Of a DNA stretch of 64,000 nucleotides, positions 8,378 to 19,096 are shown piece by piece. Each line of letters begins with the position of its first letter. The stretch's first letter is position 1. The notes under the pieces were generated by a model. The model was not told the DNA's origin, searched no databases, and saw nothing but the letters and a program-made list of their open reading frames with translations. The stretch comes from Nitrososphaerota archaeon (lineage in GTDB: Archaea > Thermoproteota > Nitrososphaeria > Conexivisphaerales > UBA164): assembly GCA_023381255.1 (NCBI GenBank), contig JAMCTX010000021.1, positions 5,184 through 69,183 on the forward strand, written 5' to 3'. The position numbers were made by a program, and so were the translations under genes.

Positions 8378-9400
8378 TTGGGCGTTGATCTTTCGCCCAT
8401 AATAGGGGATATAAAGAGAAGCATAACGCTAGATGCTCTTAACGAAAAAAAGCTAGCTATTGATGGCTATAACGCCCTTTATCAGTTCATAACCATTATC
8501 AGGGGTGAGGATGGTTCCCCCTTGATGGATTCTAATGGTTTGATCACCAGCCACATAAGCGGTCTTTTTTATAGAACTTTGAACTTCCTTGAGAAGGGAA
8601 TAAAACCCGTATATGTGTTCGATGGCAAGCCGCCTGAACTTAAGGCGCATGAAATAAGCACCAGAAGAACAGCAAGAAATGACGCCATAAAAATGTATGA
8701 GGATGCAAAGGCTCAGGGCAACCAGGAACTTATGAAGCGCTATTCGGTGAGGGCAGCCACATTAAAATCATACATGGTTGATGATGCAAAGAGGCTCCTT
8801 GGCCTAATGGGCGTGCCCTGGTTGCAGGCACCAGGGGAGGGTGAAGCTGAAGCAGCCCATTTAACTGCAAAAGGATATACATGGGGTTCAGTTTCCCAGG
8901 ACTATGATTCTCTTTTATTTGGTTCACCCCGACTGCTGAGGAACATCACCATTTCCGGCAAAAGAAAATTACCCGGAAAGAACTTTTACATCAACGTTTC
9001 CCCGGAAATGATACAAATAGAAGAAATGTTAGGCAACCTAGAAATAAACAGGGAACAATTAGTTGATTTGGCGATAATTATCGGGACTGATTTTAATGAA
9101 GGAATTAAGGGAATAGGGCCAAAGACGGCTTTAAAGTTAATAAAGCAGTTTGGCAGGTTGGAAAATTCGAGCGATCTCAGTTCTGCTATACCTGAAGATC
9201 TGGTAAAACAGGTAAGAAATATCTTTTTAAAACCTGATGTTGTTGATGCAGAAAATCTTGAGTGGAAAAGTCCCGATGCAGAGGGGCTAATAAGCTTCCT
9301 GTGTGGGGAAAAAAGCTTTTCTGAGGAAAGGGTCAAAAATGCAATTGGTCGGCTTAAAAAAAGGCCTGCAAGCGGTGCTCTTGATGAATGGTTTACCTGA
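8378..9400 (+). CDS. fen: flap endonuclease 1
   Basis: 'MGVDLSPII...LAIDGYNALYQF', 'KPVYVFDGKPPELK', 'GEGEAEAA', 'GTDFNEGIKGIGPKTALKLI', and a PIP-like C-terminus 'LDEWF'. The start is TTG. Confidence 0.9.
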   Translation: MGVDLSPIIGDIKRSITLDALNEKKLAIDGYNALYQFITIIRGEDGSPLMDSNGLITSHISGLFYRTLNFLEKGIKPVYVFDGKPPELKAHEISTRRTARNDAIKMYEDAKAQGNQELMKRYSVRAATLKSYMVDDAKRLLGLMGVPWLQAPGEGEAEAAHLTAKGYTWGSVSQDYDSLLFGSPRLLRNITISGKRKLPGKNFYINVSPEMIQIEEMLGNLEINREQLVDLAIIIGTDFNEGIKGIGPKTALKLIKQFGRLENSSDLSSAIPEDLVKQVRNIFLKPDVVDAENLEWKSPDAEGLISFLCGEKSFSEERVKNAIGRLKKRPASGALDEWFT

Positions 9401-9410
9401 CAACGAAAGT

Positions 9411-10019
9411 ATGGTAAATGAAATTATTGAAATGGGTCTTATAAAAAGCAACAGGGTCAAGAATGCCTTCATGAGTGTTGACAGAGGTAGATTTGTTTTT
9501 CCCGGTTTTGAGAGATATGCATATTTTGACGAGCCGCTTCCGCTGGGTGAAAGCGGCCAGACTATTTCTGCTCCAAGCATGCTTGGAATAATGCTTGAAG
9601 TTATGAGAATCGAAAGGTGGCACTATGTGCTGGAGATAGGGACGGGGAGTGGGTACAGTGCCGCCTTAATTTCCAGAATAGCGGATTTTGGAGGCGTTGT
9701 AAGCGTAGAACACAATTATAACTTATTTAAATTTGGAAAAAACAACCTTAGGGAATTCAGCAATGTTCTGCCAGTGTTTGGAGACGGCACTGCAGGTTAC
9801 CCGCCATTTTCTCAGAAGCCACAATACGACAGAATAGTTATAATGGCTTCCACCAACACTATACCTGACATTTTGTTAACTCAACTTATGAATGATGGTT
9901 TTGTGGTAGCACCAATTGGGCCCCGCAACTACCAGGAACTGGTCAGAGTGTGGAAGAACGGAAAGGTGGAAAAATACGGGGGATGTATTTTTGTCCCCCT
10001 TAAATACGGGTTTGATTAA
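9411..10019 (+). CDS. pcm: protein-L-isoaspartate O-methyltransferase
   Basis: 'GQTISAPSMLGIMLE' and 'VLEIGTGSGYSAA'. The track ORF starts at 9303 inside fen. The ATG at 9411 (MVNEIIEMGLI) is the plausible start. Confidence 0.85.
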   Translation: MVNEIIEMGLIKSNRVKNAFMSVDRGRFVFPGFERYAYFDEPLPLGESGQTISAPSMLGIMLEVMRIERWHYVLEIGTGSGYSAALISRIADFGGVVSVEHNYNLFKFGKNNLREFSNVLPVFGDGTAGYPPFSQKPQYDRIVIMASTNTIPDILLTQLMNDGFVVAPIGPRNYQELVRVWKNGKVEKYGGCIFVPLKYGFD

Positions 10020-10034
10020 AATTAAAAAAATTGC

Positions 10035-11258
10035 TTATTGCTTTTTCATTGTAGATACTATACTTATGACATCTCTGTCCTTTAATTTATATGTTGGGGG
10101 CAGTCTCAATCCTGTCCTTGCATCTATAGCGTACAGAAGCCCCCTTGCAAGATCTGAGTGTATTTGAGCCGCAAGGTCCTTCACGGTTGTTCCATCTGGA
10201 ACAAGCATTGCATCAGGAAGCACGCGACCCTTCTTATCTGACAGTTTATTGAGGTCTGCCACTGGGTACACGACGTTCATTCTCAATAGTTTAAATGTGC
10301 CCACGTTGACGGCAAACTGTATGCCGGTTCTCATCATTTCCTTCATGGAAAACTTATTTACGAAATCTAGTGCTTTCTTTTCTTCCTGATTTAGAAGGCT
10401 GGCATCCTTGATTATATAGTTGTCCTCGGCGGCATTAAACTCCAAGGCGTTTTTCTCGGTCCCCTTTTTCAATGCCAGTTCATAATTTCCGCTTACAGGA
10501 ACTATTATTTTATCCTTAAGTGTTTCCTTGAGACTTTTAAATCCCCGTTCAGCAAAAGTTATGTCCATCTTGTTAGCTATGACCAGCGTGGGCTTTGAAA
10601 TGTCCCTTATTTTTGACGCCAGTTCCCACATTTCTTGATCATTCATACCTTTTATATCATATGGCGACTTTCCAATATCACCCAATGCCTGGATTACATG
10701 CTCCTTTGCAACCTTTATCCCTGCCAACACTTCGTATATAGCATTAAATGCCCCCATTTCTGTTTTGCTTTCTTCAATTTTTTTAATTATCTTTTCAATA
10801 TTGTTTTCCAAAATGCCCTTGTACCATTGAATTATTTCACCCTCTATTTCTCTGTAATCCATCAACGGGTTTCCCGATCCCGGTTCCGCAATCTTGCCTT
10901 CTTCGTCGATGCTGCCAGAAGCGTCAACTACATGTAAAAATGCGTCGCATGTGGCAGCTACAGCAAGAAACCTGGTGCCTAGCCCTCTGCCCGCACTTGC
11001 GCCCTTTATGAGGCCAGGCATGTCCATAAGCTCCACGGGGATGTACCTCCAACCAGCGATACATTTTGAATTAACGGGATTATCATTTACTCCAAATTCT
11101 TTGTGCACACAGGGAGACGTAGCATAGGTTATGCCTACTGACGGCTCTTTGGTAGTAAACGAATAGTTTCCTATTGGCGCATTTATTCCAGTGGCAGTGT
11201 CAAATATTGTTGTTTTTCCGGCATTTGTCTTACCAATAAGAGCGATTCTAAATGTCAT
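10035..11258 (-). CDS. OBG-class GTPase with C-terminal TGS domain (YchF/DRG-like)
   Basis: P-loop 'GKTNAGKTT', 'DMPGL', 'ANKMD' (NKxD), and a C-terminal 'DGTTVKDLAAQIHSDLARGLLYAID' TGS-like segment. Confidence 0.8.
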   Translation of the reverse strand: MTFRIALIGKTNAGKTTIFDTATGINAPIGNYSFTTKEPSVGITYATSPCVHKEFGVNDNPVNSKCIAGWRYIPVELMDMPGLIKGASAGRGLGTRFLAVAATCDAFLHVVDASGSIDEEGKIAEPGSGNPLMDYREIEGEIIQWYKGILENNIEKIIKKIEESKTEMGAFNAIYEVLAGIKVAKEHVIQALGDIGKSPYDIKGMNDQEMWELASKIRDISKPTLVIANKMDITFAERGFKSLKETLKDKIIVPVSGNYELALKKGTEKNALEFNAAEDNYIIKDASLLNQEEKKALDFVNKFSMKEMMRTGIQFAVNVGTFKLLRMNVVYPVADLNKLSDKKGRVLPDAMLVPDGTTVKDLAAQIHSDLARGLLYAIDARTGLRLPPTYKLKDRDVISIVSTMKKQ

Positions 11259-11403
11259 AATCAGAATAATAATCCTTTTGCTCCCTAAATAAGTTTGCCT
11301 CTGTTATATTTCGTCACTTGCCCTAGAACAAAGTTTTTCGATTTGCTGCCGGTTTATTCTTAGAAAAAGTGGATTTAATCTAATAGGAAAGTAGCTTGTG
11401 TTA

Positions 11404-12516
11404 TCACGGAACGCCTATTGTGTTGCCAATGCCGGCAACGATAACTACGTCGCCCTCTTTTGTCCTTTCTTTTATGGCTGCTTTCACCTTCTCTGAAGCG
11501 TCCAGGGACGCTCTCCTGACTTTATCAGTCATTTTGCATATTGCTTCCTTTAGTGACATTTTTACCACGACCACATAAAGCGGGACCTTCTTTCTAGCCG
11601 CAGCTTCTTCTACTTCAAATCTGTCTGTTCCAGGCCCTCCGATTGCAACGCCATAGCCTTCTACAGTTTCCCCCGTATCTTCGCCCTCCAATTTCAATGC
11701 TGCATCTACAGTGATCACCATTGAGGCCGGGTAACTGTCAAGAACCTTGGAAATTGCTTCTCCTGGCATGCCTACAGTTCCTCCAGGCCCCTTTGCCTTT
11801 ATTAGCAAGAGTTTCCTGCCTTCAAAATCAGTTTCCCCCATTTCTGTGTCTTTTGTTATTTCTTTATATTGAACGTTTGGGGAAAGTTGTGTAAGCACCA
11901 CCGGTCCAAGAGTATCCCCTATGCTTTCGCCGCTGATAAATGCAGGCATACTTTCAAAATATGCTTCTGCCGCATCTATTATAGATGACATCTGAATCTG
12001 CAACATTATAAGTGAATAGTAATCATGATATTTTTTTGCAGATATATAGTAATGCCTCACAAATTTATATATTTCATTTAATGCAAGCGCTGATTCTGCA
12101 ATATTACTCATATTCTGAATGGAAACAATCTGTTCATTTGGCATCAGCCTCTTGAGTCTACCTATAAAGAAATCTTCATAATTCCTTACTAGCTGTTCAA
12201 GTTTGTTAACTATGCCATGCGGATCCAGACTTGTAGGCTGTATGAGAAAGCTATTTGTAATAATGTCAGCCTCCGCTTTTGCATCAGCCTCGGCGACACC
12301 TTTCTTTTTAAGTGCGTCTATAAATGTATTCATTGCGTCGCTGTTCATCTTTTCCAGTTTTTGCAATCTTTTATTTACGCTTCGCAAGGATAATTCTATC
12401 TGTATTCTTTGTCCGTATGCTAAAAATACCACTATGAGAATTATCCAAGCGAAATTCGAGGTATAAACCAGAATATCCATTGTAGATACCATATATCCCG
12501 GCATTTTAGAACGCAT
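11404..12516 (-). CDS. conserved archaeal membrane-anchored protein (DUF1512-like)
   Basis: One N-terminal TM helix followed by a soluble domain. The family assignment is from memory only. Confidence 0.45.
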   Translation of the reverse strand: MRSKMPGYMVSTMDILVYTSNFAWIILIVVFLAYGQRIQIELSLRSVNKRLQKLEKMNSDAMNTFIDALKKKGVAEADAKAEADIITNSFLIQPTSLDPHGIVNKLEQLVRNYEDFFIGRLKRLMPNEQIVSIQNMSNIAESALALNEIYKFVRHYYISAKKYHDYYSLIMLQIQMSSIIDAAEAYFESMPAFISGESIGDTLGPVVLTQLSPNVQYKEITKDTEMGETDFEGRKLLLIKAKGPGGTVGMPGEAISKVLDSYPASMVITVDAALKLEGEDTGETVEGYGVAIGGPGTDRFEVEEAAARKKVPLYVVVVKMSLKEAICKMTDKVRRASLDASEKVKAAIKERTKEGDVVIVAGIGNTIGVP

Positions 12517-12622
12517 TAATATAAACGTTATTCAAGTTATGACGTAAATTCGTGAATATGTTTCATTTTTTCAACGGCATTTAGCCAATAATGTTTTATA
12601 ACTTATTTTCTATATTTATGGT

Positions 12623-13360
12623 ATGGAAAATACAAAGGCTGCTATTTTGTGCGGGGGGACTGGCAGCAGACTCAGGCCTTTGACATATTATTTTCAGAAG
12701 ACCATGTTGCCAATAGGCAACAGCCAAAAGCCCATACTTGAATATGTTATAGGTTACATCAAGCACTTCGGAATAAACAGTTTTACTTTACTTGTGGGTT
12801 ACAAGGCGGAACAAATTGTTAATTATTTTAAGGACGGAATCCAGTTCAATGCGCAGATAGACTATTCTTATGATAGAGAAGATATTAAAGGCAATGGCGG
12901 CGCGCTGATAAATGCTTATCTTGCAGGGAAATTTGATGGCTATTCAAATGTATTAATATATTATTCAGACATACTTGCAACGCTTGACATATCAAAGATG
13001 CATGAACTGCACATAACAAACGATTTTGATGCAACAATAGCTGTTTCTGATCATTATAAATTGCCAGTTGGCGTTGCCAGCGTAGAAAATAATAAAGTTA
13101 CCAAATTTGAAGAGAAACCAAATTATAACATAAACTCAACAATCGGAATTTTGATACTGAAAGTAAGTGCAATAAAGAAGTTCGTAAACATGGCTGGCGA
13201 TGTTGATATAATGAAAGACATGATCCAGAACCTGGTGGCCGAAGGAAAGGTAGGAGCATATGTAACAAATGATTTCTGGATTGATGTGGGCAGCACTGAC
13301 ACATATGAAAAATTAGATCATAACGCCATTGACAGCCTGTTTTCAAAATACCTAATCTGA
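12623..13360 (+). CDS. sugar-phosphate nucleotidyltransferase
   Basis: 'AAILCGGTGSRLRPLTYYFQKTMLPIG' is the GxGxRL signature. Confidence 0.8.
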   Translation: MENTKAAILCGGTGSRLRPLTYYFQKTMLPIGNSQKPILEYVIGYIKHFGINSFTLLVGYKAEQIVNYFKDGIQFNAQIDYSYDREDIKGNGGALINAYLAGKFDGYSNVLIYYSDILATLDISKMHELHITNDFDATIAVSDHYKLPVGVASVENNKVTKFEEKPNYNINSTIGILILKVSAIKKFVNMAGDVDIMKDMIQNLVAEGKVGAYVTNDFWIDVGSTDTYEKLDHNAIDSLFSKYLI

Positions 13361-13414
13361 CATATCCCAAATAATCCGCCAGAAAAGCATTAAATTTTAA
13401 GAAAAATATTAATA

Positions 13415-14206
13415 ATGAGAGATGCGCTTTTTTTAAACGTGGAAAACGAAGGGCGTAGGGATCGCAGAATTTCAAAGATATTAAACGTTCAGAAGCCTTA
13501 CGTCTTGATTCCGCTCATTACTTTAATCTCTTTGATTTTAATGATGGCTGGGTTAATATTTTTTAATTATAGCGCAGTATCTGAAGCGTACTGGTACATT
13601 TTTCCTGTTATAATAGGATTTATCTTTACGTTTGCTATCTATTATAATACAGGAGAAAGGCAGGTGCTTACATACGCAGGCACAATTCTTCTCTTTTATT
13701 CACTTCTAATATTTATAGGCGCAATGCCAGGATTCTACATAGCAAAATTATTGCCCCAAACGATAAACAGTTTTGAACAGACCCTCCTTTCAGTAAGGGA
13801 AGGGCAAAAGACGGTACTTGGTATGGCCTCTGTAATATTTCTTAATAACATTAGGATAGATGCCATGTCATTTATTCCTTTAATAGGACCATTTATTCTT
13901 TCCATGTCTATGGTTGATACTGCGTCTTTGCTATGGGGCCTTTCGTTTACAGAAATGTACAGTGGGTATCACCTGTGGTTCTTGGGACCAGTATCGGTTG
14001 TGCTGGCGCCGGACACATTTACGGAACTGTCTTCATATATTATAGCCATGATAGGTGGATTATATTTGTTTAAGGCCGCAAATTCGATTCCTCAAATAAG
14101 AAATCAATATATTATAAAATCCTTGGAATACCTTGCGGCTTCAATTGTATTGCTATATGGATCTGCCGTTTTAGAGTCTTTTTTGATAATTAAATATGGG
14201 CTTTAG
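13415..14206 (+). CDS. polytopic membrane protein (SpoIIM/DUF95-like)
   Basis: About six hydrophobic segments. 'FLNNIRIDAMSFIPLIGPFIL' resembles the DUF95 core. Confidence 0.4.
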   Translation: MRDALFLNVENEGRRDRRISKILNVQKPYVLIPLITLISLILMMAGLIFFNYSAVSEAYWYIFPVIIGFIFTFAIYYNTGERQVLTYAGTILLFYSLLIFIGAMPGFYIAKLLPQTINSFEQTLLSVREGQKTVLGMASVIFLNNIRIDAMSFIPLIGPFILSMSMVDTASLLWGLSFTEMYSGYHLWFLGPVSVVLAPDTFTELSSYIIAMIGGLYLFKAANSIPQIRNQYIIKSLEYLAASIVLLYGSAVLESFLIIKYGL

Positions 14207-14297
14207 CTGGGCACAGATGCCAATGAAAAAATTTGTTTTCAAAGAGTTAGGAGCTTACGAGAAGAAGTAATTCTCAAGGCTTTGGCGTGAGTTAATA

Positions 14298-14567
14298 TCA
14301 GTCTACATCCAGTCCCAGATTTTGAGCGAAGCTGGAGAATTTCCTGTACTCATCCAGCAACATCGCGCCGTTTTTGGTTATTTTATAATAGTTTCCAGCT
14401 TCTCCAACAAGCTCGACAAAATTCTTCTTGAGCAGTTCATCAAGAAGTTCGGTCAACCTGACGTATGGCACGTTTGCCTTCCTAACTAAATCCGTTATTT
14501 TAGCACCGTTTTCAGACTGCTCCAGCGCATCAAGAATGTCGACTATGATTTTTATCTGGCTTCTCAT
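14298..14567 (-). CDS. small winged-helix DNA-binding protein
   Basis: 89 aa. 'IIVDILDAL...AKITDLVRKANVPYVRLTELLDELLKKNFVE...YYKITKNG' is a typical archaeal wHTH layout. Confidence 0.6.
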   Translation of the reverse strand: MRSQIKIIVDILDALEQSENGAKITDLVRKANVPYVRLTELLDELLKKNFVELVGEAGNYYKITKNGAMLLDEYRKFSSFAQNLGLDVD

Positions 14568-14568
14568 A

Positions 14569-15066
14569 TCAGCGCACCAGTGCAGAGATCAGCATTGAGT
14601 ACCCCGCAAGCTGAACGATAAGCTGCAAGTTGGCTGGAACCACATAGAAAATGAGCTGCATAAAAATAGACACAGAAATAAGCATGAATCCAGTGCCCGT
14701 TATGATGTTAATCTTTTTACCGCTTTTACTGTAGAATAGTAAAGTTTCCACCCCAGCATACAGTGAAAAGAAAAAAGCCAGCGTTTCGCCAACGGCTACG
14801 GGAATTATGCCGATGGCAAGGTACCGCCTTACAGTCCTGGCATGTATTAGAGAAGATACAAGGAAGCCGGCTGCTTCAAAGAAATATCCCACAAAACTAA
14901 GGTTATATAGATTCAAAATCAGGCCTGCGGAAATCAGCAAGAAGGCTGTAAATCCCGTTAAAAAAGTTGTGCTCCTTAGCTTGTTGTATCCTAAAATAAA
15001 GTAGATTGCAATAATTAAAGAGACAGCAATACTGACCAAGTAACTAATTATTCTAAGGTCCATCAT
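14569..15066 (-). CDS. hypothetical membrane protein (5 TM)
   Basis: Hydrophobic throughout. It lies 1 nt upstream of the wHTH gene on the same strand. Confidence 0.5.
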   Translation of the reverse strand: MMDLRIISYLVSIAVSLIIAIYFILGYNKLRSTTFLTGFTAFLLISAGLILNLYNLSFVGYFFEAAGFLVSSLIHARTVRRYLAIGIIPVAVGETLAFFFSLYAGVETLLFYSKSGKKINIITGTGFMLISVSIFMQLIFYVVPANLQLIVQLAGYSMLISALVR

Positions 15067-15373
15067 TTTATTTGAGCAATAAATGCACTTTCTTACTTTA
15101 AAACCTTTTTAGTGAGCTATGCTCATTCGGTAAATATTAACTTAAAAAACCAAAATTTGTTACAACCTGAGTGCTGAAAGCCATTGAACCATGCAAGACC
15201 TTGACGGATGGGCACTTCCTCGAATGGACTTTTTGACCAAGTGCGGATAGCGCATCTGCGGCTGTTTCATATCATAATGTAAAGCACCATATATGCGCCT
15301 GCAGATTTGTCAAACCTATTTTACAAAAACATATATTTTATAGACCCACGCTATGCTCTGTTGGCGATAATAT

Positions 15374-17839
15374 TTGGTTCTTGATAGAGTTGTAAAAAGG
15401 GACGGGCGTATAGTGTCATTCGATAAAAATAAAATAATTGAGGCTGTATGGAAGGCCCAGAAGGCCGTCGGTATAAATGACAAAGCTATAGCGCTGAGCG
15501 TTGCAGACCTTGTAGTTGATGAGCTTGAAGCCCGGGGCGGGATTCCTAAAGTAGAAGATATTCAGGACATCGTTGAGAAGAAGCTCATAGAAAAAAACCA
15601 GGCAACAATAGCGAAGGCATACATAGTGTACAGGGAAAAAAGGGCTGAAATAAGAGAGGAAAAGAAAAAAATCCTTAACAAGGAAACAATTGATGAGGTT
15701 GATAAGGCATTTGACATAAATGCGCTGAGGGTTCTTGCTTCACGATACCTAAAGAAGGATGAAAGTGGCAAACCAATAGAGACTCCGAAGGAGCTGTTTA
15801 CACGAGTTGCAATACACATCGCGTTGCCAGATATAATATATGATGAAAGGGTATTCCGGAAAAACGGCGGTAGCCCATTCAATTATGAACAACTTGACGA
15901 AGGGGTTTCCTTAAAGGTGGGAAAGTACGAATTAAATATTTTTCATGTGCGGGCGTTGAAGGAACTTTACGACAAAATGAATTCCAAGGGACTTGTCAGG
16001 GTTCCATGGTCCACGCTAGTAGGCATGTTAGGCGAAATGAAAAATGTAGAAAACTACATTGACACCTACTACTCCATGATGGTGAGCAAAAAGTTCATGC
16101 CAAATACTCCCGCGCTTGTCAATTTTGGCTCATATTATGGCATGGGAAGCGCGTGCTTTGTGCTTGATATTGAGGATTCGCTTGACAGCATAATGAACAC
16201 CCTGAAAAGTGCCGCCATGATCTTTCAGGCCGGCGGTGGCGTTGGCTATAATTTCAGCAAGCTTAGACCTGCAGGGGATTTTGTAAAATCAACAGGAGGC
16301 GTAGCAAGTGGGCCAATTTCATTTATGGGGCTTTTCGATTACATGACAGAGGTCGTAAAGCAGGGGGGAGTGAGAAGGGGTGCAAATATGGGCATCCTCA
16401 ACGTTAACCATCCGGACATAATGAAATTTATTACGGCTAAAAAAGGGAATGCAATGTTTCACAATTTTAACATTTCTGTATTGATCTTCCCAGAATTCTG
16501 GGAGGCCTATGAAAATGGTGAAAAATATCCGCTGGTAAATCCAAGGAACAAAAAGGTTGTGGATTATGTAGACCCGGTTCATGTAGTTGACATGATATCA
16601 TACCAGGCCTGGGAGAGCGCTGAACCCGGCATAATATATTTTGACAATATGAATAAGCACAATCCACTGATAGATGTCCTTGGACCCATAATGGCCACTA
16701 ACCCATGCGGCGAAACAGCGCTATATCCAAATGAATCATGCAATCTCGGAAGCATAAACGTCTGGGCATTTGTCAAGGAAGCCCCTGACGGAAGTACCGA
16801 ATATGACTGGGATGGGTTAAAGGAAACCGTAATGCTGGCAACCAGATTACTTGATAACGTGATAGACATAAACAAGTACCCGCTGGAGCAGATAGAAGAA
16901 TCAACAAAGTTATCAAGAAAAATAGGGCTGGGAATAATGGGGCTGGCTGACCTGCTATATGAGCTGAATCTTCCTTATAACGACCAGAAGGCTAGAGATT
17001 TTATGGAGCAAATCACGGAATTTTTCCAGTACTGGTCAAAGGTGGAATCAGTAGAACTGGCCAAGGAGCGTGGGCCATTCCCAATTTACAGCAAAAGCAA
17101 GTATGCACAAGGGGAAATGCCATTCGCCGGATTTTATGATAGGGCATCCTGGCATTTTGAGTGGGACAAGCTGGCAGATGCCATCAGAGAATACGGCACC
17201 CGTCACGGATTTAACCTTGTATTTGCCCCTACGGGCAGCATATCGATGATTGCAGGCGTAAGCAGCGGAATAGAACCGGTATTTGCGCTTGTCTATGAAA
17301 AAAATGTAACAGTGGGTTCATTTTATTACACCGATGCGGCGTTTGAACGCATCATGCAAAAGTACGGGCTTTACAGCGCAGAGCTCCTGAAGGATGTTGT
17401 TGCACAGAACGGCACAGTTGGGCAGCTCAAATATATACCACGTGAAATAAGGAGGGTGTTTGTAACCTCAATGGAGATAGACCCCGAAGACCATGTAAAG
17501 GCGCTGGCAGCAATACAGAAGTGGGTTGACAGCTCGGTTTCAAAGACAATCAACATGCCCTCAAATGTGGTGCCTGAAGATGTAAGAAACATATTTATGC
17601 TGGCCCACAGGCTCGGTGTGAAAGACATAACTGTGTACAGGGATAAATCCCTTAAAGTGCAGGTTTTAAGCGCCCCGAAAAAACAGAACGAAGATGGCTC
17701 CGGAAAACAGGAAGTTCTAGTTGAAGCCAAAGGAACGCAGGTAGGTGCAAATTGCCCAGTATGCGGTTCTAAGCTGGAATTTAAAGAGGGCTGCTCCACG
17801 TGCCCCGTGTGTGGCTGGAGTGCGTGCGCATCAGCATGA
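15374..17839 (+). CDS. nrdJ: ribonucleoside-triphosphate/diphosphate reductase, class II (adenosylcobalamin-dependent), with N-terminal ATP-cone and C-terminal zinc ribbon
   Basis: ATP-cone 'VVKRDGRIVSFDKNKI', active-site 'TNPCGE', and a C-terminal 'CPVCGS...CSTCPVCG'. No intein-sized insertion is present. Confidence 0.9.
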   Translation: MVLDRVVKRDGRIVSFDKNKIIEAVWKAQKAVGINDKAIALSVADLVVDELEARGGIPKVEDIQDIVEKKLIEKNQATIAKAYIVYREKRAEIREEKKKILNKETIDEVDKAFDINALRVLASRYLKKDESGKPIETPKELFTRVAIHIALPDIIYDERVFRKNGGSPFNYEQLDEGVSLKVGKYELNIFHVRALKELYDKMNSKGLVRVPWSTLVGMLGEMKNVENYIDTYYSMMVSKKFMPNTPALVNFGSYYGMGSACFVLDIEDSLDSIMNTLKSAAMIFQAGGGVGYNFSKLRPAGDFVKSTGGVASGPISFMGLFDYMTEVVKQGGVRRGANMGILNVNHPDIMKFITAKKGNAMFHNFNISVLIFPEFWEAYENGEKYPLVNPRNKKVVDYVDPVHVVDMISYQAWESAEPGIIYFDNMNKHNPLIDVLGPIMATNPCGETALYPNESCNLGSINVWAFVKEAPDGSTEYDWDGLKETVMLATRLLDNVIDINKYPLEQIEESTKLSRKIGLGIMGLADLLYELNLPYNDQKARDFMEQITEFFQYWSKVESVELAKERGPFPIYSKSKYAQGEMPFAGFYDRASWHFEWDKLADAIREYGTRHGFNLVFAPTGSISMIAGVSSGIEPVFALVYEKNVTVGSFYYTDAAFERIMQKYGLYSAELLKDVVAQNGTVGQLKYIPREIRRVFVTSMEIDPEDHVKALAAIQKWVDSSVSKTINMPSNVVPEDVRNIFMLAHRLGVKDITVYRDKSLKVQVLSAPKKQNEDGSGKQEVLVEAKGTQVGANCPVCGSKLEFKEGCSTCPVCGWSACASA

Positions 17840-17908
17840 TTGGGCCTTTTTAAGATATATGCGCCAATCACATAAGATTTTAATATGAACTATCAGTAAA
17901 CCTATGAT

Positions 17909-19096
17909 GTGCCCAGATACTTTTGTGAAAATTGCGGCTTTACCGATAAGCTAGATAAAAATCTTTACTTCTGCCCAAACTGCGGAGACCCACTCACCAT
18001 AACATACAGCGACGACGAACTGGAAGTAAATTTTTCTGGGTCAGGGGTTTGGAGATACTCCGGCGTTTTACCTGTAGATCCGAATAAAAAGGTGTCGTTA
18101 AAGGAGGGAAATACACCATTATATAAATCGCTTCATTTGGGCAGCGGAGTCAAGGGGTTATACATAAAAAATGAAGGCATGAATCCAACAGGAAGCTTTA
18201 AGGACCGGGGGATGACCGTTGCGATCACCCGCGCCATAGAAAAGAATTTTAAATCAGTTATATGCGCATCCACTGGAAACACCTCAGCCAGCCTGGCAAT
18301 ATATGCGGCCCGTGCAGGAATCAGGGGGTATGTTGTTGTCCCCGATGGCGCAGTGGCTTTGGGAAAAATGGCGCAGGCAAGGGCGGCTGGAGCGCATATA
18401 ATCAAGGTAAGGGGGAATTTTGACTTGGCCCTGCAGATGGTTAAGGATTTTGCAAGAAAATCCGACGAAGCCTACCTGGTAAATTCTGTAAATCCATTCA
18501 GAATAGAAGGCCAGAAAACTGTGGCATATGAAATAGTTGAAGAAATAGGGGCACCTGACTGGATAACAATACCAGTTGGAAACGCTGGCAATATAACAGC
18601 CCTGTGGAAGGGCTTGAATGAAATGAAAAGGCTTGGGAAAATAAAATACCTGCCCAAACTGCTTGGCGTGCAGGCCTCGGGGGCCTCCCCAATTGTCAAG
18701 GCATTTAACGACAGCAGCAATAAGATCGAACCTGTTGTTTCACCAAACACGCTAGCAACTGCAATTAAGATCGGCAACCCCGCAAGCTGGAGAAGGGCAC
18801 TTAAGGCCGTTAGGGAGTCAAGAGGGGCGATGATTGAGGTAAGCGATGACCATATTGTTCAGGCACAGTACCTTCTGTCGTCAAGGGAAGGGATTTTTGT
18901 CGAGCCCGCCAGTGCCGCATCTGTTGCAGGATTTTTAAGCGCATTACAAAATGGCCTTATAAGAAAGGAGGATACTGTTGTTTCGATAGTCACCGGAAAC
19001 GGGCTCAAGGACCCGGATTCGGTAAGCAGGTTTGAAAGCATTGAAATAACTGTAGGCTCGGAGGAAGGTTTGCTGCATTCAGTGATTGCCCAATGA
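17909..19096 (+). CDS. thrC: threonine synthase
   Basis: N-terminal zinc ribbon 'CENCGF...CPNCG' and PLP-lysine motif 'NPTGSFKDRG'. Confidence 0.9.
   Translation: MPRYFCENCGFTDKLDKNLYFCPNCGDPLTITYSDDELEVNFSGSGVWRYSGVLPVDPNKKVSLKEGNTPLYKSLHLGSGVKGLYIKNEGMNPTGSFKDRGMTVAITRAIEKNFKSVICASTGNTSASLAIYAARAGIRGYVVVPDGAVALGKMAQARAAGAHIIKVRGNFDLALQMVKDFARKSDEAYLVNSVNPFRIEGQKTVAYEIVEEIGAPDWITIPVGNAGNITALWKGLNEMKRLGKIKYLPKLLGVQASGASPIVKAFNDSSNKIEPVVSPNTLATAIKIGNPASWRRALKAVRESRGAMIEVSDDHIVQAQYLLSSREGIFVEPASAASVAGFLSALQNGLIRKEDTVVSIVTGNGLKDPDSVSRFESIEITVGSEEGLLHSVIAQ

Noticed and set aside
15120-15300. Minus-strand GUCCAUUCGAGGAAGU is faintly reminiscent of the 5S rRNA loop C region. I considered it because 5S is missing from the operon.
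   Set aside because: There is no CCGAAC / UUAAGC blocks, no helix I pairing of the ends, and no GUACUG...GGGA segment. It does not fold as 5S.
15374-17839. A possible intein in the ribonucleotide reductase, since inteins are common in archaeal RNRs.
   Set aside because: The 821-aa length and uninterrupted conserved blocks around TNPCGE leave no room for an intein.
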